This document shows, piece by piece, positions 1 to 12,002 of a stretch of DNA of 64,000 bases. The position numbers and the translations under genes were made by a program. This DNA is from Chiloscyllium plagiosum (Eukaryota), in contig NC_057718.1 of assembly GCF_004010195.1 (NCBI RefSeq), forward strand, positions 74,382,210 to 74,446,209. The letters run 5' to 3'. Under the pieces are notes generated by a model. The model was not told the DNA's origin, did no database searches, and saw nothing but the letters and a program-made list of their open reading frames with translations. The stretch's first letter is position 1; every line of letters begins with the position of its first letter.

Positions 1-71
1 TCAGTTAACAATATTAATACAAGGGAAAGTAATTGTGTATTTTCAACGTCCTTGTACTTAATAACAATTTG

Positions 72-1325
72 GTTAGCATGGTTTTGTGAAGGGCAGGTCG
101 TGCCTCACAAACCTTATTGAATTCTTTGAAAAGGTGACGAAGGAGGTTGATGAGGGGAAAGCGGTAGATGTGGTATATATGGATTTTAGTAAGGCGTTTG
201 ATAAGGTTCCCCATGGTAGGCTACTGCAGAAAATACGGAGATATGGCATTGAGGGTGAGTTGGAGGTTTGGATTAGGAATTGGCTGGATGGAAGAAGACA
301 GAGGGTAGTAGTTGATGGCAAAGTTTCTTCATGGAGTGCCGTCACTAGCGGTGTTCCGCAAGGATCTGTTTTGGGACCATTGCTGTTTGTCATTTTTATA
401 AATGACCTGGAAGAGGGGTTAGAAGGTTGGGTGAGCAAGTTTGCGGATGTTACGAAAGTCGGAGGAGTTGTTGACGGTGAGGAAGGATGTGGCAGGTTAC
501 AGCAGGATATAGAGAAGCTGCAGAGCTGGGTAGAAAGGTGGCAAATGGAATTCAATGTAGCTAAGTGTGAGTTGATTCACTTTGGGAAGAATAACAAAAA
601 GATGGGGTACTGGGCTAATGGTCGGATACTTGGTAGTGTGGATGAGCAGAGGGATCTTGGTGTCCATGTACACAGATCTCTGAAAGTTGCCACCCAGGTA
701 AATCGTGCGGTGAGGAAGGCATATGGCGTACTGGCTTTTATTGGTAGAGGAATTGAGTTCCGGAGTCCTGAGGTCATGATGCAGTTGTATAAGACTCTGG
801 TGCGGCCGCATCTGGAATATTGTGTGCAGTTTTGGTCGCCATACTATAGGAAGGATGTGGAGGCACTGGAACGGGTGCAGAGGAGGTTTACCAGGATGTT
901 GCCTGGTATGGAAGGAAGATCGTATGAGGAAAGACTGAGACACTTGGGGCTGTTTTCATTAGAGAAAAGAAGGTTTAGGGGTGACTTGATTGAGGTGTAC
1001 AAGATGATTAGGGGGTTAGATAGGGTTGACAGTGTGGACCTTTTCCCGCGTATGGAGTCGGGTATTACAAGGGGGCATAGCTTTAAATTAAAGGGGGGTA
1101 GATATAGGACTGAAGTTAGGGGTAGGTTCTTCACTCAGCGAGTCGTAAGTTCATGGAATGCCCTGCCAGTAGCAGTGGTGGACTCTCCCTCTTTATGGGC
1201 ATTTAAGCGGGCATTGGATAGGTATATGGAGGATAGTGGGTTAGTATAGGTTAGGTGGGCTTGGATCGGCGCAACATCGAGGGCCAAAGGGCCTGTACTG
1301 CGCTGTATTCTTCTATGTTCTATGT
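72..1325 (+). mobile_element. 5'-truncated CR1-clade LINE (RT C-terminal half plus 3' UTR)
   Basis: ORF 86..1249 has CR1 RT motifs ([58 protein letters not shown]); catalytic FADD reads FADV; 3' UTR ends in (CTATGTT)n. Confidence 0.95.
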
Positions 1326-1503
1326 GCAGGTTAGGTGAATTGGGCATACTAAATTGCCCATAGTATTCAGGGATGTGCATTAGTCAGGGGTAAATATAGG
1401 ATAGTAGGGGGATGGGTCTGGGTGGGTTACTCTGTGGAAGGTCGGTGTGGATTTGTTGGGCTGAAGGGTCTGTTTCCATACTGTAAGGATTCTATGATTC
1501 TAA
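1325..1503 (+). mobile_element. HE1-type elasmobranch SINE, 3' part
   Basis: gcaggttaggtgaattgg...cattagtcaggggtaaat...gggtctgtttcc..ctgta with CR1-like tail; similar to copies at 24.7, 36.3 and 44.2 kb. Confidence 0.75.
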
Positions 1504-2333
1504 TAATCCAGACAGAATCATTGAGTATCATCAGGTATAGGAGCCAACATGATTGGCAAACTCCACTAAGTTTGACTCATCTCTATGGTGTTTTCCTGGA
1601 GCATTGCTTCCACTTCCTGCTGAACCTGCTCTGCTTTGAGAGGATCAAGCCTGTAGGGGTGTTGTTTATCGTTGCATTCCCTACATCAACCTCATGTACT
1701 ATGGCATTAGTCCTCCCCATTCTATTCATACATCGGTGCTCATAGCCATGTAACAAATTTACAATTCAGTTCTCTGTTCTATCCTATCCCATTCCTTGAG
1801 GACTTTTTCATTAGTCAATTTATTCTGAGGCACATCAAAATCCAAACCCTCTGAGCGACAGTAACCAATACCTGTTTCTCTGGTTCTCTTTCCTTGTCAT
1901 AATAATATTTCACTATGTTCACTTGACATACCCGATAATTTTTTTTTCTATCTGGCATCTTTAGCAGATAATTCACCTGACCCAACTTTTTCTCAATCTG
2001 ATAAGGGCCATTAAATCTTGCTTTGAAGTGATCTCCCACCATTGGTTACAGCACCAATACTTCATCCCCACAGGCAAATGTATGACTTTTGGATTTCTTC
2101 TCTACCTCTTGCTTCATTAGGTATTGTGCAACCTTCAGGCCTATCAATCTTTCCTTAACTAATTTTAAAGGCCCTCTTACTTCGTGCCGAATATCAATTC
2201 AAATTGCATATTCTGAGTCGATTCATTTGGAGCATCCCTAACAGCAAATAATACAAATGGGATACCTTTATCCCATTCATTTGGGTAATTCTGCCAATAA
2301 GCCCTCAACATGGTCTTTAACATCTGATGCCAC
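1504..2333 (-). mobile_element. Gmr1-like Gypsy element: integrase C-terminus (GPY/F) followed by RT N-terminus
   Basis: WHQMLKTMLRAY..WDKGIPFVLFAVRDAPNEST, then ARFNGPYQIEKKLGQVNYL, then downstream IVHEVDVGNA../KQHPYRLDPLKAEQVQQEVEAMLQ..WSLPIML..FCLDY (RT start). Confidence 0.85.
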
Positions 2334-5300
2334 ATAGAACTTAGAACATTACAGCGCAGTACAGGCCCTTTGGTCCATGATGTTGCACTGACCTGGGAAA
2401 GCAATCTGAAGTCCATCTAACCTATACTATTCCATTCTGGTCCATATGCTTATCCAATGACCATGTAAATGCCCTTAAAGTTGGCGAGTCTACTACTGTG
2501 ACAGGCAATGCGTTCCACGCACTTACCACTCTCTGAGGAAAGAAACTACCTCTGACATCTGTCCTATATCTATCACCCCTCAATTTAAAGCTATGTCCCC
2601 TCATGCAAGCCATCACCATCTGAGGAAAAAGGCTCTCGCTGACCACCCTATCTAAACCTCTGAATATCTTATATGTCTCAATTAAGTCACCTCTCAACCT
2701 TCATCTCTCTAATGAAAACAGCCTCAAGTCCCTCAGCCTTTCCTCGTAAGACCTTCCCTCCATACCAGGCAATGTCATAGTAAATCTCCTTTGAACCCTT
2801 TCCAAAGCTTCCACATCCTTCCTATAATTCGGTGACCAGAACTGTAAGTAGTACGTCAATAAGTAATACCACAGTTTTGTACAACTGCAACATGTCCACA
2901 TGGCTCTGAAACTCAATCCCTCTACCAATAAAAGCTAGCACACCGTAAGCCTTCTTAACAACCCTAAGGACTTGGTGGCAACTTTCAACGATCTACGTAC
3001 TTGGACATTGAGATCCCTCTGCTCATTGACACTACCAAGAATCTTACCATTAGCCCAGTACTCTGCATTCCTGTTACTCCTTCCAAAGTGAATCACCTCA
3101 CACTTTTCCGCATTAAACTCCATTTACCGCCTCTCAGTCCAGCTCTGCAGCTTATTTATGTCCCTCTGTACTCTACAACATTCCTCGTCACTATGCACAA
3201 TTCTACCCACCTTAGTTTCATTTGCAAATTTACTATCCCATCCTTCTGTACCCCCATCCAGGTCATTTATAAAAATTACAAACTGCAGTGGACCAAAACA
3301 GATCCCCTTCAGTAAATGAACTCCAGGATGAATATTTCCCATCAACCACCACCTTCCGTCTTCTCTCAGCCAGCCAATTTCTGATCCAAACCGCTAAATC
3401 ACCCTCAAATCCATACCTCCGTACTTTGTGCAATAGCCTACCATGGGGAACCTTATCAAATACCTTACTAAATCCATATATTGGTTTGGAGATGCCGGTA
3501 TTGGACTGGGGTGTATAAAGTTAACAATCACACAACCAGTATAGTCCAACAGGTTTAATTGGAAGCACACTAGCTTTCGGAGCACTGCTCCTTTATCAGG
3601 TGATAGTGGAGGACACAATTCTAAGGCACAGAATTTATAGCAAAAATTTACAGTGTGATGTAACTGAAATTATACATTGAAAAATACCTTGATTGTCTGT
3701 TGAGTCTTTTATCTGGTTGAATACCATGATAGTATCACTTCTTTCATGTGTAAATCACAAAACCGCCATTGTCATTCAGAATAGAACAGATTACCGTAAG
3801 GAAGTGTACCAACAACTGAACAACCAGGAACACTACAGGCAACTACCAGCTGATCCGACCAAAGAACACACCCGTGAATTAAACACATTGATCAGGACTT
3901 TGGATCCAGTCCTTCAGAGTTCCCTACGTGCCCTCATCCCACGTACTTCTCATGTAGGCGACTTCTACTGCCTTCCAAAGGTACACAAAGCCAACACACC
4001 AGGATCCCATCGTACTGGGCAATGGGAACCTGTGTGAGAATCTCTCCGGCTATGTTGAAGGCATCTTGAAATCTATTGTACAGGGGATCCCCAGCTTCTG
4101 TCGCGACACTACGGATTTCTTACAGACTAGTCGAACCGGGAACATTCCTCAACACAATAGATGTTTCAGCACTTTACACCAGCATCCCCCACAATGATGA
4201 CATTGCGGCAACAGCCTCAGTACTCAACACCAACAACTGCCAATCTCCAAATACCATCCTACAACTCATCCACTTTATGCTCGATCATAACGTCTTCATC
4301 TTTGACAACCAGTTCTTCATCCAGACACATGGAACAGCCATGGGGACCAAATTTGCACCCCAATATGCCAACATTTTTATGCACAGGTTAGAACAAGACT
4401 TCTCTATGCAGGATCTCCAACCAACATTATACACCAGGTACATTGATGACATTTACTTCCTCTAGACCCATGGTGAGGAGTCACTGATAAAATTACACAG
4501 TGACATCAACAAGTTTCATCCCACCATCAAACTTACCATGGACTACTCTCGACTATCTGTCTCATTCTTGGACACATGCATCTTCATCAAGGATGGGCAC
4601 CTCAGCACCACAATCTACCGCAAACCCACAGACAACCTCACAGTGCTACAATTCTTCAGCTTCCACCCAAAACATATTAAAACAGGCATCCTCTATGGAC
4701 AAGCCCTACGCGTACACCGTATCTGTTCAGATGAGGAGGAATGTGACGGGCACCTGGAAGTACTCAGAGATGCCCTCACAAAAGAATAGGGTACGATGCC
4801 CAACTCATTGACCGCCAGTTCCGATGTGCCACAGCAAGGAACCGTAATGACATCTTCAGGAGACAGACACGTGCTGCAACGGACAGGGTACCCTTCGTTG
4901 TTCAGTATTTCCCAGGAGCTGAAAAATTACGCCATGTTCTTTGTGACCTGCAACACATTATCAATGAGGATAAGCACCTCGCCAAGACCTTCCCCACACC
5001 TCCACTGCTTGCCTTTAAACAACTGCCAAACCTCAAACAAATAATTGTTCGTAGCAAGCTGCCCGGCTCTCAGGACAACTCCATACAACCCTGTCAAGGT
5101 AGGTGCTGCAAGACGTGTCAGATTGTGGACATAGATACCACCATTACACGTGGGGACACCTCACACCTTGTATGTTGCAGGTACTCATGTGACTCAGCCA
5201 ACGTTGTCTATCTTATATATTGCAGGCAAGGATGCCCTGAGGCATGGGACATTGGGGACACTGAGCAAAGGCTACGACAACGGATGAATGGGCACCGCAC

Positions 5301-5519
5301 AACAATCAACAGACAGGAGTGTTCCCTCCCAGTTGGGGAACACTTCAGCGGTCCAGGACATTCAACCTCGGACCTTCGGGTGACCATCCTTCAAGGCAGA
5401 CTTCGGGACAGGCAGCAGAGAAAAGTGGCCGCGCAGAAGCTGATAGCTAAGTTTGGTACCCATAGGGAGGGCCTCAACCGGGCCCTTGGGTTCATGTAAC
5501 ATTACAGGTGACCACCATT

Positions 5520-5790
5520 GCACTATACACACACACACAGACACTCCTATATACACACACGCGTGCACACACAGGCATTTCTATACACACGCATACACAC
5601 AGACATGCATGTACACAGACACACACACACCCTTACAGACACACACACTCCCACACTCACACAGGCATCCTCTCAGAGACTTAGACCACTCTACATTCAT
5701 GCACACACATATACACTCTCTCTCTCACACTAACAACCCCCAACCCAGACAGACACACAGACAGACAAAGACCCACCTGCACACATATAT
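5520..5790 (+). repeat. Degenerate (CA)n-rich simple repeat inside the Penelope 3' region
   Basis: CA/CAGA-rich tract read directly. Confidence 0.9.
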
Positions 5791-6167
5791 TTTGGGAGGT
5801 GAATTTGTACTTGTAGAGTTACATTGTACTTTGCTCAAAAGCTGCATGAATTCATGTAAAACTCTGTTATCTCACTTTTCAGATTAAAATCAATCTAAAC
5901 ATCATGACATAGGCAGAGAACACAGGGGGCTAACACCTTCAACAAATTGTCTAGCTAACACTCATTGTTACAGCTAACCTGAGAATGCAACGTTTAAAAC
6001 AAAAGGGTTTTGTGACTTACACATGAAAGAAGTGAAACTATCATGGTATTTGAACAGATGAAAGACTCAACAAAACAATCAAGGTATTTTTCAATGTATA
6101 ATTTCAGTTACATCACACTGTAAACTTTTGCTATAAATTCCGTGCCTTAGACTTGTGTCCTCCACTA

Positions 6168-6204
6168 TCACCTGATGAAGGAGCGGCGCTCCGAAAGCTA
6201 GTGA
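6168..6204 (+). ncRNA. Minimal type I hammerhead ribozyme motif (Penelope pLTR)
   Basis: TCAC-CTGATGA-A-GGAGC(ggc)GCTCC-GAAA-GCTA-GTGA: stem I TCAC/GTGA, 5-bp stem II, palindromic AGCT stem III. Confidence 0.8.
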
Positions 6205-8314
6205 GCTTCCAATTAAACCTGTTGGACTATAACCTGGTGCTGTGCAATTTTTAACTAAATCCATATACACCACATCAACAGCTTTACCCTCATCCACATG
6301 TTTGGTCACCTACTCAAAGAACTCAATAAGGTTTGTGAAGCATGACCTACCCTTGACTATCCCTAATCAACTTATTCCTTTCTAGATTACTATGAATCTT
6401 ATCTTTTATAACCTTTTCAACACCATACCCACAACCAAAGTAAACCTCACTAGTCTATAATTACCAGGTTTGTCTCTACTCCCCTTCTTGAACAAGGGAA
6501 CAATAGTTGCTATCCTCCAGTCTTCTGGCCCTATTCCTGTGGACAATGATGACATAAAGGTCAAAGCCAAAGGCTCCATGATCTCCCCAATCTCCCCAGA
6601 GAATCTTTGGATAAATCCCATCTGGCCCAGGGGACTTATCTATTTTTACACTTTCCAGAATTGCTAAAATCTCCTCCTTGTGAACCTCAATCATTTAGTC
6701 AGGTAGTCTGTATCTCAAGATTCTCCTCAACTAAATTGTCTTTTTCTAGTGTGAGTACTGACACAAAGTATTCATTTAGTGCTTCCCCTATCTGCTCAGA
6801 CTCCACGCACAACTTCCCACTACTATCCTTGATTGGCCCGAATCTTACTCTAGTCATTCCTTTATTCCAGATATGCTTGCAGAAAGCCTAAGGGTTTTCT
6901 TTGATCCTATCCACCAACAACTTCTCATGTCCCCTCCTGGCTCTTCTTAGCTCTCTCATTTAGTCTTTCCTGGCTAACTTGTAACTCTCAAGCACCCTAA
7001 TTGAACCATCACATTTCATCTGAACACAAGCCTTCTTCCTCTTGATAAGAGTTTCAACTTCCTTAGTAAACCATGTCTCCCTTGCTTGACAACTTCCTCC
7101 CTGCCTGACAGATACATGTTTCTCAAGGATCCACAGTAGGTGTTCCTTGAATAAGTTCCACATTTCAATTGTTTCCATCCCCTGCAGTTTCCTTACCCAT
7201 CCTATGCATCCTAATGCATCATAATTGCCTTTACCCCAGCTGTAACTCTTGCCCTGCAGTATATGCCTATCCCTTTCCATAACTAAAGTAAGCATAACTG
7301 AATTGTGGTCACTACCGCCAAAGTGCTCACCTACCTCCAATTCTAATGCTTGGCCGGGTTCATTACCCAATATCAAATCCAATGTGGCCTCGCCCCTTGT
7401 TGGCCTGTCTATGTACTGTGTCAGGAAATCCTCCTGCATACATTGGACAAAAAATGGCCCATCTAAAGTACTTGAACAATAGTATTCCCAGTCAATATTT
7501 TTAAAGACCCCCATAACAGCTACCCTGTTGCTCTCGCTCCCCTCCATCTCTGGAACTATTCGAAGGCCTATAGAAAACTCCCAACAGGATGACCTCTCCT
7601 TTCCTATTTCTAACCTCAGCCCATACTACCTCAGTAGATGAGTCCTCAAACATCCTTTCTGCAACCGTAATACTGTCCTTGACTAACAATGCCACTCTGG
7701 GACTAATTAACCCACCCCCCTTTTACCATTTTCTCTGTTCTTACTGAAACATCTAAATCCTGGAACCTAAAGCAACCATTCCTGTCTCTGCTCTATCCAT
7801 GTCTCCAAAATGGCCACAACATCGAAGTCCCAAGCTGCAAATTTACCCATCTTGTTCCAGATGCTCAGACACACTTCAAACCAACTTTTTACTTGCCGGT
7901 GCCTTCTTACGACCTTGAAACCTTATTTCTGACCTCACTAATCTCAACCTCCTGTATACTCAAACTAAAATTTAGGTTCCCATCCCCTTGCTGAATTAGT
8001 TTAAACCCTCCCTAAGAGCATGAGCAAATTCCCCCCCACCAAGATATTGGTACTCCTCTGGTTCAGGTGAAGACTGCCCTGTTTATAGAGGTCCCACCTG
8101 CCCTCAGACAGAGCCCCAATTATCCAGGAATCCAAAACCCTCCCTCCTGCACCATCCCTGTATCCACATGTTCAACTCCTCTCTCCCCCTATTCCTCACC
8201 TCGTTAGCATGTGGCACGGGCAACAAACCAGAGATAACAACTCAGTTTGTTCTAGGTCTAAGCTTCCAGCCTAGCTCCCTGAATTTCTGTCTTAAATCCC
8301 CATCTCTCTTCCTA

Positions 8315-8430
8315 GGAAGGGTTTGGAGGAATTTGGGTGGGATGAAATTGGGTTGGGATATTTGGGTCGGCATGGATGAGTTGGACCAAAAGTTCTGTTT
8401 ACGTGCTGGACATCTCTATGACTCTATGAC
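8315..8430 (+). mobile_element. Short CR1 3'-end fragment inserted in CR1-A ORF1
   Basis: aggaagggtttggag...ctctatgactctatga tail, same 3' end type as CR1-C. Confidence 0.75.
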
Positions 8431-9171
8431 CTATGTCGTTGGTGCTTCTGTGGACCACAACTTGGAGCTGCTCCCCCTCCCCCTCAAGGATCCTGAAAAC
8501 ACAATCTGAGACATCACGAACCCTGGCACCCGGGAAGCAACACACTAACTGTGAGTCTCTCTTGTTCCCACAGAACCTTCTATCTGTCCCCTGAACTATG
8601 GAATCCCCAATCACTAATGCACTGCTCCTCTTCCCCCTTCCCTTCTGAGCAACAGAGACAGACTCTGTGCCAGAGACCTGTGCCCCATTGCTTACCCCTG
8701 GTAAGTTACCCCTCCCCCAACATTATCCAAAACAGTATACTTGTTATTGAGGGTAACGGCCACAGGGGATGTCTGCACTGCCTGTGGTTCCCTTTCTGTC
8801 CACTGACGGTAACCCATCTGCCTTCTTCTTTTACCTGAGGTGTGATTACCTCCTTGCAACTCCTCTTAATAACTCCCTCTGCCTCCGAATGATCTGAAGT
8901 TCATCCAGCTCCAGTTCCAGTTCCCTAATGAGGTTTTCAAGGGATTCTGGGTAATCCAAGATGGAGGACGGGAAAACTTTCTGGCTGTAACACTACTCCT
9001 TTCTTGAGGTATTTTAGATGGGGAAGTGATTTCCTTGAATTCCAGGAGCAGAAATTCCTGTTTTATATGCTGTTGTTTTGGAACTTTGGAAGAAAAAACA
9101 TGTCAAAACAATAGCACTTTTAAAAGGGAGAGGAACAGACAAAGGAAGCGTATGGTGAGGTTAGTGCAGGA

Positions 9172-9187
9172 GAGAGCGAGAGAGAGA

Positions 9188-9227
<40 letters not shown>
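9172..9227 (+). repeat. (GA)n microsatellite in the CR1-C 5' UTR
   Basis: direct reading. Confidence 0.95.
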
Positions 9228-9449
9228 AACCCACATTGCTAACTGACAGAGCAGTGAACCTGCACAGTTTTTGCCTTTGTTGGTTGAATTCATGTATCGC
9301 TCGACATCGGAGTGCGTCTGGGAAAATTAACGAACAGTAAAACTCACAACTAATCTTGGAGGAACCTGTTTGGGAGAGGTCACAGCACAGAAACAGATAA
9401 GTCGATATTTTAAGTGTGGCCTTGCAGTAAGTCTGCAGTAGTGAGTAGA

Positions 9450-12002
9450 ACATAGAACATAGAACATAGAACATAGGACATGACAGTGCAGTACAGGCCC
9501 TTCGGCCCTCAATGTTGCGCCGACCTGTCATACCAATCTGAAGCCCATCTAACCTACACTATTCCATGTACATCCATATGTTTGTCCAATGATGACTTAA
9601 ATGCACTTAAAGTTGGTGAATCTACTACTGTTGCAGGCAAAGCATTCCATACCCTTACTACTCTCTGAGTAAAGAAACTACCTCTGACATCTGTCCTATA
9701 TCTATCACCCCTCAATTTAAAGCTATGCCCCCTCATGCTCGTCGTCACCATACTTGGAGAAAGGCTCTCCCTGTCCACCCCATCTAACCCTCTGATTATC
9801 TTATATGTCTCTATTAAGTCACCTCTCAACCTTCTTCTCTCCAATGAAAAGAGCTTCAAGTCCCTCAGCCTTTCTTCGTACGACCTCCCCTCCATACCAG
9901 GCAACATCCTAGTAAATCTCCTCTGCACCCTTTCCAAAGCTTCCACATCCTTCTTATAATGTGGTGACCAGAACTGTACACAATACTCCAAGTGCAGCCG
10001 CACCAGGGTTTTGTACAGCAGTAGCATAACCTCATGGTTCCGGAACTCAATCCCTCGATTAATAAAAGCTAAAATTCTGTATGCCTTCTTAACAACCCTG
10101 TCAACCTGGGTGGCAACTTTCAAGGATTTGTGTACCTGGACACCGAGATCTCTCTGCCTATCTACACTACCAAATCCATATACACCACATCAACCAGTTT
10201 ACTCTCATCTACCCGTTTGGTCACCTTCTCAAAGAACTCAATAAGGTTTGTGAGGCATGACTTATCCTCCACAAAACCGTGCTGACTATCCCTAATCAAA
10301 TTATTCTTTTCTAGATGGTTGTAAATCCTATCTCTTATAACCTTTTCCAACACTTTACCAACAACTGAAGTAAGGCTCACTGGTCTATAATTACCAAGGT
10401 TGTCTCTACTCCCCTTCTTGAACAGGGGAACCACATTTGCTATTTTCCAGTCTTCTGGCGCTATTCCTGTAGACAATGACGATTTAAAGATCAATGTCAA
10501 AGGCTCGGCAATCTCCTCCTTGGCTTCCCAGAGGATCCTAGGATAAATCCCATCCGGCCCAGAGGACTTATCTATTTTCACACGCTGCAGGATTTCTAAT
10601 ACCTCTTCCTTGTGAACCTCAATCCCACCTAGTCTAGTAGCCTGTATCTCAGTGTTCTCCTCAACAACGTTGTTGTTTTCTAGAGTGGATACTGTCAAAA
10701 AATATTCATTTAGTGCTTCCCCTATCTCCTCTGACTCTACACCCAACTTCCTACTACTCTCCTTGATTGGCCCTAATCTTACTCTCGTCATTCTTTTATT
10801 CCTTAAATACCGATAGAAAGCCTTAGGGTTTACCCTGATCCTATCCGCCAACAACTCCTCATGTCTCCTCCTGGCTCTTCTGAGCTTTCTGTTTAGGTCT
10901 TTCCTGGCTACCTTGTAACCCTCAAGCTGAGCCTAACTGAGCCTTCACATCTCATCCTAACATAAGCCTTCTTCTTCCTCTTGACCAGAGACTCCACTTC
11001 CTTCATAAACCATGGCTCCCGTGCTCTACAGCTTCCTCCCTGCCTGACAGGTACATACTTATCTAGGACACTCAGGAGTTTTTCCTTGAATAAGCTCCAC
11101 ATTTCTAATGTGCCCATCCCCTGCAGTTTCCTTCCCCATCCTATGCTTCCTAAATCTTGCCTAATCATATCGTAATTGCCTTTCCGTCAGCTGTAACTCT
11201 TGCCCATTGGTATATACCTATCCCTTTCTATCACTAAAGTAATCATAACAGAATTGTGATCGCTATCACCAAAGTGCTCACCTACTTCCAAGTCTAACAC
11301 CTGGCCGGGCTCATTACCCAGTACCAAATCTAATGTGGCTTCACCCCTTGTTGGCCCATCTACATAATGTGTCAGGAAGCCCTCCTGCACACACTGGACA
11401 AAAACTGACCAATCTATAGTGCTTGTACTATAGTGTTCCCAGTCAATATTTGGAAAGTTGAAGTCCTGCATGACAACTACCCTGTCGAGAATCATCTTTG
11501 CTATCCTTGCCTCTATATCTTTGGAACTATTCAGAGGCCTAGAGAAAATTCCCAACATGGTGACCTCTCCTTTCCTGTTTCTAACCTCAGTCCATACTAC
11601 CTCAGTTGACGAGTCCCCTAACATCTTTTCTGCAAATGCAATACTGCCCTTGACCAACAATGCCACACCTCCCCCTCTTTTACCATCTTCCCTGTTCTTA
11701 CTGAAACATCTAAATCCTGGAACCTGCAACAACCATTCCTGTCCCTGCTCTATCCATGTCTCCGAAATGGCCACAACTTCGAAGTCCCAGCTACCAACCC
11801 ATGCTGCAAGTTCATCCACCTTATTCCGGATGCTCCTGGCATTGAAGTAGACACATTTCAAACCAACTTTTTGCTTGCTGGTGCCATCTTGCGTCCCTGA
11901 AACTTGATTTTGGACCTCCCTACTCTTAACCTTTTCTCTACTCGAACTACAATTTTGGTTCCCATCCCTCTGCTGGATTAGTTTAAACCCACCCCAATAG
12001 CC
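9450..12002 (-). mobile_element. CR1 LINE (CR1-B): ORF2 with internal deletion of the RT core, inserted in the CR1-C 5' UTR
   Basis: APE (MKCVYFNARSIRNK, SDHN) at 11187-11861, RT N-part 10162-10854, RT C-part 9554-10123; (CATAGAA)n tail on the + strand; TSD TGAGTAGA at 9442-9449 and 12003-12010. Confidence 0.92.

Larger units (their letters stand above)
3481..6253 (+). mobile_element. Penelope-like element (Neptune type), RT plus GIY-YIG, with inverted 5' pLTR
   Basis: RT (DVSALYTSIPH, QTHGTAMGTKFAPQYANIFM, RYIDD), Cys linker, GIY-YIG (NVVYLIYC..IGDTEQRLRQRMNGH); 3518-3762 is the reverse complement of 6007-6253; 14-bp TSD ACTAAATCCATATA at 3467-3480 and 6254-6267. Confidence 0.93.

Noticed and set aside
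86..1249. 387-aa open ORF as a functional gene or active RT
   Set aside because: 5'-truncated CR1 ORF2 with a GTG pseudo-start, no endonuclease, and catalytic FADD changed to FADV; it is open because the copy is young
5453..5887. His/Thr-rich and Glu/Arg-rich ORFs (also 9026-9340)
   Set aside because: Translations of CA and GA microsatellites
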